Positions 42,984-52,610 of a stretch of 64,000 nt of DNA are shown here, piece after piece. The stretch lies in the NCBI GenBank assembly GCA_963744305.1, contig CAVUTF010000029.1, forward strand, positions 2,559-66,558, given 5' to 3'. Origin of the DNA: an uncultured Gammaproteobacteria bacterium (lineage in GTDB: Bacteria; Pseudomonadota; Gammaproteobacteria; Steroidobacterales; Rariloculaceae). The position numbers were made by a program, and so were the translations under genes. Position 1 is the first letter of the stretch; every line of letters starts with the position of its first letter. Under the pieces are notes generated by a model, which did no database searches, was not told where the DNA came from, and worked only from the letters and a program-made list of their open reading frames with translations.

Positions 42984-43406
42984 ATGAGTGCGATTCGCAG
43001 AATCCGTTGGAGATGGGTCTTCGCAGCCGGCTTCTTGGCGGAGGTTGCGATCCTCGCCGTCTTTTTTCTTCTGTTACTCGCGGCGACGCTCGCCGGCGTG
43101 CCCGAGATCGCGGCGCCGATGAGCACGCTCGACAACATCGACGCGCTCGTGTCCTCGTTCGTCATGTTCTTCCTGATGACGCGCTGGGCCGCGAAGCGAA
43201 TCGAATCCGACCTCGTCCTGCACGGCGCACTCATCGGGCTGACGGGAGCGCTCCTGTTCACCATCATGTGGATCAGCACGACGGGATCGCTGGAACAGCC
43301 GCTGCCTTACGTCGGCGCTCATGTTCTGAAGGTCCTCGGCGGAATTGCTGGCGGAGTCTTCGTTAGTAAGCGACGGCAACGCCTCCGCCCCGCGAACGCC
43401 GATTAG
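42984..43406 (+). CDS. Small four-TM membrane protein
   Basis: Four hydrophobic segments; starts 2 nt after permease 3 stop. Confidence 0.7.
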   Translation: MSAIRRIRWRWVFAAGFLAEVAILAVFFLLLLAATLAGVPEIAAPMSTLDNIDALVSSFVMFFLMTRWAAKRIESDLVLHGALIGLTGALLFTIMWISTTGSLEQPLPYVGAHVLKVLGGIAGGVFVSKRRQRLRPANAD

Positions 43407-43439
43407 GTATCGGGCGACGTCACCGACATTCGATCGACG

Positions 43440-44441
43440 TCATTCTTTGATGAACCTGCGCGCGGTTTCCAAGTCGCATTCGTCGCGCACGAACGGGAGA
43501 TCGGGGCGGTGGGACCAACGAATTTGGCCCGACACGGAGCCGCCAGAAACTCCGGGTCGCGCAACTCGAAGCTATAGCTTAGGGTCGTGCCGCCTTCGTC
43601 GAGGGCAAGGCGCTCGACGAGATGCTTCATGGGTCCGGACGGCACGCCCGTGTAGCCGTTGCCGGTTTTGTGACTCGCGAAATGCGCGGTGTCGATAACC
43701 AGCGTCGAGCCGTCCATCGGCCGATCGAGTGGCCTTGCACGGACGGCGACGCTCCGGCGTGGGTCGCGACATTCATGTGAATCGTGCGTTCGGCGGCGAA
43801 GCCGCCCGCGATCACGATCACGCCGTCGCCCGGTGGAGATTTTCTTGAGGTCGGGGTCGATCATGAACAGAGGTGCGGCGTTGGAGACGCAATCGTTACC
43901 GGGCTCATCGTACGTTCGTCGAAACTAGCGAGGGCGGCAGTGCCGCTGCCGTCAATGGATAGTCGTGCTGGGCGAAGCGCATCACCACGTCCATCGTCAA
44001 CAGCGTGGCCCAGGTGCCGTCCAAGCTGGTAGCGACGGCCTCGTCGGCGGCGCTGGCGGTGGCAAGCCGCTGAGTGCCTGCCATAACTCTCGTACAACGT
44101 GTCGTCGCCGCGTTGTATCGAATCGGGTAAAGCCCCGCACGCTCGAGCGTCCTGGACGGATTGCCGCTCACGAAAATTGCATCGCCCACTCGCAGCGTGT
44201 CGGGGACCAGCCGTGGCGGCGCATCGTGGCGGGAGGAAAGGTCTCGATCTCCCACTCGATCGCGCGGCCATCGGGCGCGGTCTGCTCAACATAGATGTAG
44301 ACGTGAGGGTTGGCCCAGTCGTATCTCGTGACGGTGCCTTCGATCGTGATTCGCTTGCCGATGTCGTACATGGCGCCGCTATGATGGGCATGCGCCGCAA
44401 GCGTTGCCGCCGTGAGGACGAGCGCCACGAGATGGTCTCAT
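43440..44441 (-). CDS. DUF6152-type secreted protein (frameshifts)
   Basis: AHA-HHSGAMYD, WANPH, QGHSIGRW, TLVIDT.HF, KHLVERL, DPEFL. Confidence 0.8.
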
Positions 44442-44453
44442 TTACATGCTCCT

Positions 44454-44475
44454 TCTATAACAACTACAATATAGA
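44454..44475. promoter_or_regulatory. AT-rich palindrome, candidate PadR operator in a 38-bp divergent gap
   Basis: TCTATA-N10-TATAGA between the divergent starts at 44441 and 44480. Confidence 0.5.
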
Positions 44476-44479
44476 TTAT

Positions 44480-44818
44480 ATGAAGTCACTCACAACCTTG
44501 GCGAGTTCGAGCAAGTGGTGCTGCTCGCGATTCTGCGACTGCAGGACGAAGGCGCGTACGGCGTCTCCATCCGCGCGAAGATCGCAGCACATACCGAGCG
44601 CGATCCGACGCCGGGCGCGATCTACACCACGCTCGAGCGGATCGAGAGCAAGAAGTTCGTGAAGTCGTCGATGGGCGAGGCCACAGCGGAACGCGGTGGG
44701 CGCGCGAAGCGCTACTACTCACGTGACGGCGCAGGGCGTTGCCGCTCTCAAACGCGCCCAGCGCGCTTCCAGAGCTTGGCCAGCGGGCTTGCCGCTTCTT
44801 GGGGATTCGAATGCGTAG
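44480..44818 (+). CDS. PadR family regulator 2 (frameshifts)
   Basis: LGEFEQVVLLAILRL, AYGVSI, GAIYTTLER, ERGGRAKRYY. Confidence 0.9.
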
Positions 44819-45389
44819 GAAATCTGCTGCTGTTCGCATTGTTGTCTTGCGTCACGTCCGCAGAGCATGCGGCCGCCATTGAAGGCGACCTGATCGAGGA
44901 AGAGGGCTGTCCACGGGAAGGTTTGGTTTGCAATTCACGTAGCCCGCACGGTGTTCGCGCTGTTGGGCTTTGCAGTCACGCAAGCACCGTTTCGCACCGC
45001 TGACGCTGAGCGCGGGTGCGGCCGCGGTGTCGGTCCTCATGTGTCTGCTCGTCGGCCGTGCATTCTTCGGGCCGGAAGGACTTCCTTCGGCGCCGCTGTT
45101 CGGCTTTGCCACGATCGTGGCTTGCGCTGTCCTCATCGGCGTGGGTCTCGCACGTGTCGCCGGTGCATTGGGCGTTCGCGCGGCGGCGGGCACGTCGCTG
45201 CTGCTTTGCATAATGTTCGGAGTGGCTCAGCTGCTTGGCGGGTTCGAGCAGCCAACGAGCGCCGACGTGGACCGCGCTGGATGGCTGGCTGCGCTCGGTT
45301 CGCTCGCCGTCAACCTCGCGTTGGCGTTCTGTTTGTATCCCGCGCCGTTACTGTTTGCGAGCGCGTGCGCGCATACGCGCCGCCTCTAA
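44811..45389 (+). CDS. Membrane protein with permease-prefix-like N-terminus (frameshifts)
   Basis: AAAIEGDLIEE motif then 4-5 TM segments; overlaps PadR stop. Confidence 0.6.
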
Positions 45390-45498
45390 GTGCGCGGCGA
45401 CTGCCCGCCAGTCCCACATCCAAGAACGTTGCCCGAATCGACTTGGCGCCGCCGGATGCCGTAAGATTTGGCGAGCTTCACGGACCGCGGGAATAACA

Positions 45499-46335
45499 AT
45501 GAAAACCCGTTTCGCGCTCCAAGCCGGTTGCCTGCTCTTCGTCGCCCCGACACTCGTCTTCTCGGCCGAGCTCGTCCTGCCTCGCGGCACGGTAGTGTTC
45601 GGCGAGCTCGAAGAGCGCATCACGTCGAACGCCAAAAGTTCCGAGTGGGGTACCCGGTCGACAGCCACGTTTGGAAGGACGTCATCGTCGACGGCCACGT
45701 CGTGATCGCCGCCGGCACGCCGATGGTGATGCGCATCTCCAGGCTCGAGGGCAGCGGCACGGGCGGCCGCGGCGGCGCGTTGCAGGTCATGGCCGTGTCG
45801 GTGAAGGCCAAAGACGGCACCGAGATCACGCTGAGCGGCGGTTACGACAGGCGGGTAACGATCGCTCCGGGTTGGCCCGAGGCCTGTCCATGATTCTTTG
45901 GCCGTCCGCATTCTTGCCGGGTAGCGAGGGCCGTGCTCGAGGTGGGCACGGTGTTCGATGCAGCGATACCGGCCGACACGCGCATCACCGTTCCGGCGAG
46001 CGAGCTGCCGACGTTGAAGCTCACCGACCGGCCGGACTTGAGCATCGACATCCTCTACGACGAGATCGACCAGCGAGCAGGTTCGCTGCCGTTCGAGATG
46101 ACACTCTGCAACAAGCCGTACACGCGCGAGGCGAGCGTTACGGCCGTCAACGACAAAGAGGTTCGTCCGATCCTCGTGGCCGTCACTTCGGCCAGGCAGA
46201 GGCGACCCGTGTCACGCCTTCGAAGCCCGAGTGGATCTCGAATCGCTGCGCGAGCATTTCAGCGCCGGAATCAACCGCTTCTCGGTGACGATGAGCGGGG
46301 CGGTCGGCACCACGGTTCTGAACGTCGAGATGTAA
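45499..46335 (+). CDS. Secreted hypothetical protein, possible TrbI/VirB10-like beta domain (frameshifts)
   Basis: Signal peptide, LPRGT.V, DVIVDGHVVIAAGTP, G.GG.L, DGTEI.L. Confidence 0.55.
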
Positions 46336-46351
46336 ATTACCGGCGCACTCG

Positions 46352-47745
46352 TTATCTCGAAGCGAGATCGGTCAGCACACTGAGGTAGTAAATCACTCCG
46401 GGCCGCACATTGAGCAATGGAATGCGCTCGTTGAGCCCGTGGGCGAATCGTCGGATTCCTTGATGAAGCTCGGGCTGGCGCCGTAGCTGGGCACGCCCAG
46501 GGCGCGGTACCACATCGAATCCGACGCGCCCGACGATTGCGTCGGATAGACCGGAACCTCGCCCCAGGCCGCGGCGATGCCTTTCTCGAACACGGCTGAT
46601 GAATTCCGGGCGCAGCGGCGAGGCCGGGGAGGCCGTGGCAGTGTCGCCGGTCACGTCGGTGATGCGCACCTCGGGCGTGGCGGCGACGCGCTCCAGCTCG
46701 GCCTTGATCTCCGCGCTCGAGTGGCCGGGGAAGACGCGGCAATTGACGATCGCCGTCGCGCGCTGCGGCAAGGCGTTCGCGGCGTGGCCGCCCGAGACCA
46801 TCGTCGGCACGCAGGTGGTCCCGATGCGGCCGATCATGGCGGGGTCGGCGCGCAGCACCTCGATCGCCTGCGCGTCGGCCGGATCGGCGGCGAACGCGCG
46901 CATCGCCGCGGCGATCGCGCGGAGTCGGGATGAATCGCCGCAGCCTTGCGCGAAATAGCTGCGCGTGATGTCGTTGTGTTCGGGGGTGAAGCGGTAGGCG
47001 CTGATGCGCTCGAGCGCGCGCGACATCTGGGCGATGGCGTTGTCGGGCCGCGGCATCGAGCTGTGCCCGCCGGGGTTGGTGACCTCGAGCTGGAAGTCGA
47101 TGTAGGTCTTCTCCGCGCCCTGCCACGACCAGTAGAGCGGCTCGCCGGTCTCTTCCGACAGCGTGCCGGACGCGCTGTCGATGTTGAGCACGACGTGCGC
47201 GTGCTCGAGGCGCTCGGCGATGATCTTCGAGGTCTTCATCGTCGTTTCCTCGTCGCCCGAGTAGGCGATCGACGATGCCGCGCTTCGGCCGGAAGCCCTG
47301 CCGCCTGAGCTCGATCAGCGAGGCGACCGCCAGCGAGGCTTCGAACTTGGTGTCGCTCGCTCCGCGGCCGTAGAGGAAGCCGTTCTCGACCACCGGGGTG
47401 AACGGGTCGCGCTCCCAGTCCTCGGGCCGCGCCTCGACCACGTCCATGTGGGCGGAAAGCACGACGGCCCGAGCGAAGGATCGCTGCCCGGCCAGGTGGC
47501 GATCAGGTAGGCGGTGTCGTCGACGGGACGATCTCGATGTCGCCTTCGGCCCAGCCGCCTCGCGCAAGGCCCTGGCGAAGACGCCGCGCGACGTCGATCG
47601 TGCGGTTGCCCGGCCCCTGGACCGAGCGCAGCGCGATCGTCTCTTGCGCCAGCGCGAGCGTTTGCGCCTCAGCTTGGCTGTAAGGTTGCGCCCGCGCCGC
47701 GGCCGGAAGCGCGAGGACGAGAACCAGGGCGGCGGCGGCGCGCAT
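46352..47745 (-). CDS. M20/M25/M40 family metallohydrolase (secreted; frameshifts)
   Basis: SAHMDVVEA, LYGRGASDTK, GDEET, PGGHSS, GGHAANALP, HGLNERI. Confidence 0.92.
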
Positions 47746-47836
47746 GCGAGTCTCCTATCGCGACCACTATCGCACCGGCGTCGACACGTGCAGGCGCGGG
47801 CGTCGCTGGCGTCGTTCGGCAGGGCGGTGTAAGCTT

Positions 47837-47863
47837 ATTCGTAATACATTTCGTCATACGAAT
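47837..47863. promoter_or_regulatory. Candidate RHH operator (similar site upstream of copy 2)
   Basis: ATTCGTA...TACGAAT inverted repeat with GTAATAC/GTCATAC direct units just upstream of the antitoxin. Confidence 0.5.
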
Positions 47864-47867
47864 CGAC

Positions 47868-48173
47868 ATGCCGCTCGTCAGCATCCGCTTACCGGATGAC
47901 GTGGAAGCGCAGCTCTCACGCGAAGCTGCGCGCCTGGAACGTCCAAAATCGGAACTTGCGAGAGACGCTATCATCGACTATCTCGCTCGGCTCGAGCGCG
48001 AGCGTTTCCTAGGCGAGATTTCGAGAGCCGCGCGAGCGCGTGGAGACGACGAAGCTCTCGCTACCGCGAACGAAGCGTTGCTGACGGACAACGAGGCGTT
48101 GGCAGTGAGTGAAGGCGTGCAAGAGCGCAAGTCGTCGTATCGGGTCGCGCGCAAACGGAAGCCGCGTCGATGA
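47868..48173 (+). CDS. CopG/ribbon-helix-helix antitoxin, copy 1
   Basis: VSIRLPDDV..QL..A....KSELARDAI..YL. Confidence 0.88.
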   Translation: MPLVSIRLPDDVEAQLSREAARLERPKSELARDAIIDYLARLERERFLGEISRAARARGDDEALATANEALLTDNEALAVSEGVQERKSSYRVARKRKPRR

Positions 48174-48523
48174 GGCGCGGCGAGATCTGGCATCGGCTCG
48201 AACCCGAATCGAGGTAATGAGGTCGGCACGACGACCGGCTATCATTCCGGCCGGTGTTGTTATCAGCTTCGATCGCGCAGGGAAGAGCCGACCGTCGTGG
48301 TGCTGCCCTTCACGACGCAAGTGAGGGCGTCGAAGGAGCCGTTGCACGTGACGATTCCGCAGCGGCGACGACCTCGAGCAATCCTGTCAGGTCATGACGG
48401 AGCAACCGCGAACGCTCGACCGACAGAAGACTCATCGAGGGACCGCTGACTCGTCTCACGGCCGACGAAATGCTGCGCGTCGAGCGCAGCTTCAAAGCCG
48501 TCGTTGGCCTATACGAGTCGTAA
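48170..48523 (+). pseudogene. PemK/MazF toxin, copy 1, disrupted
   Basis: MRRGEIW start then scrambled 48190-48280 and further indels relative to copy 2. Confidence 0.75.
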
Positions 48524-48538
48524 CGGTAGCATTCGCGC

Positions 48539-49279
48539 ATGACGGATACATCGCTTAGTAACAAGATCGCGCTCGTCACCGGCGGCGGGCGCGGGATCGG
48601 TAAGGCAATCGCGCTGGCGCTAGCCGAGGGCGGTTGCGACGTCGCCGTGAACTACGTCAGCCGCGAAGCCGACGCGCGCCAGACGGCCGATGCCATTCGA
48701 GCTTTGGGGCGGCGCGCGCTCGTCGTGCAAGGCGACGTAGCGAAGAGCCGCGATGTTGCAGCGCTCGTCGCAGCGGCGGAAGCGGGTCTTGGGCCGGTGG
48801 ACATTCTCGTGAACAACGCCGGTCGCGCGACGATCGAGAGCATCGAGCAAATGACGGAGGCGAGCTGGAACGACTGCATTCAGCTCAATCTCTCGTCGGT
48901 GTTCCTGATGACTCAGGCGGTGTTGCCCGGGATGCGCGCACGCAAGTGGGGGCGCGTCATCAATCTCACGTCGGTGGCCGCGCAGGCCGGGAGCGTGATG
49001 GCGGTTCACTACGCGGCCGCGAAGGCCGGCGTCATCGCCATGACGAAGAGCTATGCGCGGCTGCTGGCGAAGGAAGGCGTCACCATCAACGCGATCTCGC
49101 CGGCACTGATCGGCACCGAAATGGTGGCCTCGAATCCGCACATCAAGCCGGACATGATTCCCGTCGGCCGATTCGGCCGCGTGGAAGAGTGCGCCGACGT
49201 CGCGGTGCTGCTCGCCCGCAATGCCTACATCACCGGGCAGACGATCTCCGTCAACGGCGGTATGTACTTCGCGGCGTAA
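48539..49279 (+). CDS. SDR family oxidoreductase (FabG-like)
   Basis: TGGGRGIG, NNAG, YAAAK, ITGQTISVNGG. Confidence 0.95.
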   Translation: MTDTSLSNKIALVTGGGRGIGKAIALALAEGGCDVAVNYVSREADARQTADAIRALGRRALVVQGDVAKSRDVAALVAAAEAGLGPVDILVNNAGRATIESIEQMTEASWNDCIQLNLSSVFLMTQAVLPGMRARKWGRVINLTSVAAQAGSVMAVHYAAAKAGVIAMTKSYARLLAKEGVTINAISPALIGTEMVASNPHIKPDMIPVGRFGRVEECADVAVLLARNAYITGQTISVNGGMYFAA

Positions 49280-49378
49280 TCGCGCCGAGCGTCTGACTGC
49301 TTTTGTCGCGCCGTCGCTGGCGTCGTTCGGCAGGGCGGTGTAAGCTTAATCGTAATACAGTTCGTCATACGAATTGAC

Positions 49379-49684
49379 ATGCCGCTTGTCAGCATTCGCC
49401 TACCGGATGACGTGGAAGCGCAGCTCTCACGCGAAGCTGCGCGCCTGGAACGTCCAAAATCGGAACTTGCGAGAGACGCCATCATCGACTATCTCGCTCG
49501 GCTCGAGCGCGAGCGGTTCCTACGGGAGATTTCGAGAGCCGCGCGAGCGCGTGGAGACGACGAAGCCCTCGCTATCGCGAACGAAGCGTTGCTGACCGAC
49601 AACGAGGCGTTGGCCGTCAGTGAAGGCATGCAAGAGCGCAAGTCGTCGTATCGGGTCGCGCGCAAACGGAAGCCGCGTCGATGA
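49379..49684 (+). CDS. CopG/ribbon-helix-helix antitoxin, copy 2
   Basis: Same as copy 1 except three residues (G/R, T/I, V/M). Confidence 0.88.
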   Translation: MPLVSIRLPDDVEAQLSREAARLERPKSELARDAIIDYLARLERERFLREISRAARARGDDEALAIANEALLTDNEALAVSEGMQERKSSYRVARKRKPRR

Positions 49685-50028
49685 GGCGCGGCGAGATCTG
49701 GCTCGGCAATCTGAACCCGAATCGCGGAGCTGAGGTCGGCAAGATTCGGCCGGTGTTGATCATGCAGGCCGACTTCTTGATCGCGCAGGGAGAGCCGACC
49801 GTCGTGGTGCTTCCCCTCACGACGCAAGTGCGGGCGTCGAAGGAGCCGTTACACGTGACCATTCCGCAACGGGACGACCTCGAGCAGGCCTGTCAGGTCA
49901 TAACAGAGCAACCGCGAACGCTCGATCGGCAGAGGCTGATCGAAGGACCCCTGACTCGTCTCACCGCGGACGAAATGCTGCGCGTCGAGCGCAGCTTCAA
50001 AGCTGTCGTCGGTTTATATGAGGCGTAG
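49681..50028 (+). CDS. PemK/MazF family toxin, copy 2 (intact)
   Basis: RGEIWL.NLNP..G.E.GK.RPVLI, VVLPLTT, EQPRTLD..RL; ATGA overlap. Confidence 0.92.
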   Translation: MRRGEIWLGNLNPNRGAEVGKIRPVLIMQADFLIAQGEPTVVVLPLTTQVRASKEPLHVTIPQRDDLEQACQVITEQPRTLDRQRLIEGPLTRLTADEMLRVERSFKAVVGLYEA

Positions 50029-50036
50029 CGGCATCG

Positions 50037-50081
50037 CTACTGTGGCGGCAACGGCTCGAGCTTGAGCACCGCGCCGTCGCG
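50037..50081 (-). pseudogene. Orphan C-terminal tail, resembles PQQ-dependent sugar dehydrogenase ends
   Basis: Manual translation RDGAVLKLEPLPPQ-stop directly behind the LysR stop. Confidence 0.3.
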
Positions 50082-50082
50082 C

Positions 50083-50992
50083 TCACTCCGTGGCTCGTGC
50101 CCTCTGCTTGAGCTCGGCGATGAACGCGCGCGCCGCCGGTCCGGGCGGCGCGTCTTTGCGGTACACCACCTTCATCGGCATCACCAGGCTGCGCGGAACG
50201 TCGGCGACGCGGATCTTCACGAGCGTGCCGGCATCGAGATCGGCTTGCACGATGTGCAGCGGCATGTGCCCCCAGCCCAAGCCCTCGCGAAGAAAGGCGT
50301 GCTTGGCGCCCAAGTCCGCGAGCCGCCAAGTCAGTGCGGAGAGCACGGAGTATTCGCGGCCCTGCGAGAGCGTGGTCCGGTCGGTGAGCACGAGCTGCAC
50401 GTGTTTTTGGAGAGCCGGCTTTCGAGACGACGCCGCGCTTCGCTGCGAGCGGGTGCGTCGCGGCGACGACGGTTGCGAACGGAACGTCGAGCAGCGGCTC
50501 TTCCTGAAGCTCGTCCGGCACCAGCGGCAGCGAACCGATCACGCCGATGTGGCAGGTGCCGTCGAGCACCGGCTTGATCACTCCGCCGAGCGCTTCGACG
50601 TAAAGCCTGAGCGCGGTGTGCGGGAAGGTCTTGCGCGAGTGGCTCGCGGCCTTCGTCAAGCGCTCCATCGGATACATCACGTCGATGGCGACCGAGAGCT
50701 CCGGCTCGAGCCCTTCGCGCATCGCGCGAGCGCGCGCTTTGAACCCGTCGATGGCGTCCGCGACCGAGCGCGCGTCGACCAGCAGGCTTCGGCCTTCGTC
50801 CGTGAGCTTCGGATAGCGCTCGGACCGATCGAACAGCCGCACGCCGAGCTGCGCTTCCAGGTTCGCGAGCGCTTGGCTCACCACGGATTGCGCGCGGCGC
50901 AGCTTGCGTCCGGCGGCCGAGAAGCTGCCTTGGTCCACCGCCGCGATGAACGTCCGCAATTGATCGAGGGTTACGCCGTCGAGCATGGCCAT
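50083..50992 (-). CDS. LysR family regulator (frameshift near 50420)
   Basis: TLDQLRTF, GSFSAAGRKL, LEAQLGVRLFDRS, GLGWGHMP. Confidence 0.93.
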
Positions 50993-51086
50993 CGTCTCCA
51001 GACGATACTTAGTATCGAAATATATAGGCTTCTCAGATGGGTGGCGAGGCCGTAGTTTGTCACCCATCGATTCAAAGGAGACTCAC

Positions 51087-51980
51087 ATGAGCCAGGTAGC
51101 AACGATTACGCGAATTTCGGACCAGACACTCGGTGCGCCGCTCCTGCGCGAGCCGGTTGCGCCGGCGAGCGTGCGCCGCATCGTGTATCGCACCGCGGGC
51201 CGCAAACGCGGCCCGATCACGCGCCTCATGAGCCCGTCCGACCTCGGCGAGATGCTGAAGCCGTTCGTGTTTCTCGATCACGCGGAGGTGCCGTACACCG
51301 GGCCGGAGCTCGCGGGCATCCACCCGCACTCGGGCATCGCGACGCTGACGACGGTGTTGCAGGGCGGGCTTGCGTACGAGGACACCACCGGCAAGCGCGG
51401 AGAAGTTCCGACCGGCGGTCTCGAGTGGATGAAGGCCGGTGGCGGCGTTTGGCACGACGGTGGAGCGCTCCAAGGCGATCCGCTGCGCGTGTTCCAGCTC
51501 TGGGTTGCGCTGCCGCCGTCCGACGAGAACTCGCCGCCGGAGAGCCAGTACATTCCGCCGCAAGCAGTGCAGGAAGACGGACCCGTGCGCGTGATTCTCG
51601 GCCGGCACGGCCGCGCGCGCAGCGTGATCCGCGCACCGGAAGGCATCGACTACTTCCACGTTCGGCTCAACGACGGGGAGCGCTGGAGCTACACGCCGCC
51701 GCCTGGGTACGACGTCGCATGGCTGGCCGTCGACAAGGGTCGGCTGCATGCGTCGCAAGTCGTGAGCTCGGGGCAGCTCGCGGTGTTCGAGCAGTCGGAA
51801 GGTGCAGTCGAGGTGCGCGCGGAAGGGGCGACGTCGTTCGTCTTCGGCAGCGCGGTCAAGCATCCGCATCCGCTGGTGCTCGGCTACTACTCGGTGCACA
51901 CGAGCCGCGAAGCACTCGCGCGCGGCGAAGCCGAGATCGATCGGATCGGCGAGCGGTTGCGAGCCGAAGGGCGCGCTTGA
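51087..51980 (+). CDS. Pirin family protein
   Basis: PFVFLD, HPHSGI.TLT, EWMKAGGGVWH, FQLWVALP. Confidence 0.92.
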   Translation: MSQVATITRISDQTLGAPLLREPVAPASVRRIVYRTAGRKRGPITRLMSPSDLGEMLKPFVFLDHAEVPYTGPELAGIHPHSGIATLTTVLQGGLAYEDTTGKRGEVPTGGLEWMKAGGGVWHDGGALQGDPLRVFQLWVALPPSDENSPPESQYIPPQAVQEDGPVRVILGRHGRARSVIRAPEGIDYFHVRLNDGERWSYTPPPGYDVAWLAVDKGRLHASQVVSSGQLAVFEQSEGAVEVRAEGATSFVFGSAVKHPHPLVLGYYSVHTSREALARGEAEIDRIGERLRAEGRA

Positions 51981-52023
51981 ACGTCATCGAATCGCTAAAC
52001 GCATCTACACATAGGAGATCGCA

Positions 52024-52485
52024 ATGACTACGACTACAGCAGATCGCAAACAAACCGCCGTCGGCTCCGAAAGAGCCGCGGGTTCCACGAATGCCCTGCG
52101 AGACTTCACCGAGCTCGGCGGGCGGGTGCTGCTCGCCACGCTGTTTCTCGTGGCGGGGCTCGGGAAGATCGGCAGCTACGCGGTGACGGCAGGCTACATG
52201 ACCGCGGTGGGTCTGCCGAGCGCGTTGCTGCCGGCCGTCATCGCCACGGAGGTTCTCGGCGCGATCGCGATCGTCGCCGGTTGGCAGACGCGGATCACTG
52301 CGTTCCTGCTCGCCGGCTTCACGTTGCTGTCGGCGTTGTTCTTCCACAACGACTTCGGCGACCAGGTCCAGTCCGTGATGTTCTTGAAGAACGTGTCGAT
52401 CGCGGGCGGGTTCCTGCTGCTCGTGGCGAATGGGGCGGGGCGGTTCAGCGTGGATGCACGTACGAGACTTCTGTCGCGTGCATGA
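52024..52485 (+). CDS. DoxX family protein, copy 1
   Basis: GRVLLA.LF..AGLGKI, FLKNVSIAGG, GAGRFSVD. Confidence 0.92.
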   Translation: MTTTTADRKQTAVGSERAAGSTNALRDFTELGGRVLLATLFLVAGLGKIGSYAVTAGYMTAVGLPSALLPAVIATEVLGAIAIVAGWQTRITAFLLAGFTLLSALFFHNDFGDQVQSVMFLKNVSIAGGFLLLVANGAGRFSVDARTRLLSRA

Positions 52486-52610
52486 ACCTCCACCCGGCGC
52501 CCACCTAATGCACGGAGTTGATCTCGGTCTCCCCGAGAAGGGGGGTGGGCGCATCACGAGCAAGCAGAGCGACCTGTGTCACGCATTGCTCACGGTGACG
52601 CGTTCGCCCA

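Larger units (their letters stand above)
47801..48523 (+). repeat. TA operon duplication copy 1 (with promoter region)
   Basis: Near-identical to 49312-50028 with scattered substitutions. Confidence 0.95.
49312..50028 (+). repeat. TA operon duplication copy 2
   Basis: See 47801-48523. Confidence 0.95.

Noticed and set aside
45499..46335. Type IV secretion system based on the VirB10-like domain
   Set aside because: No other T4SS genes nearby; similarity is only a motif-level impression
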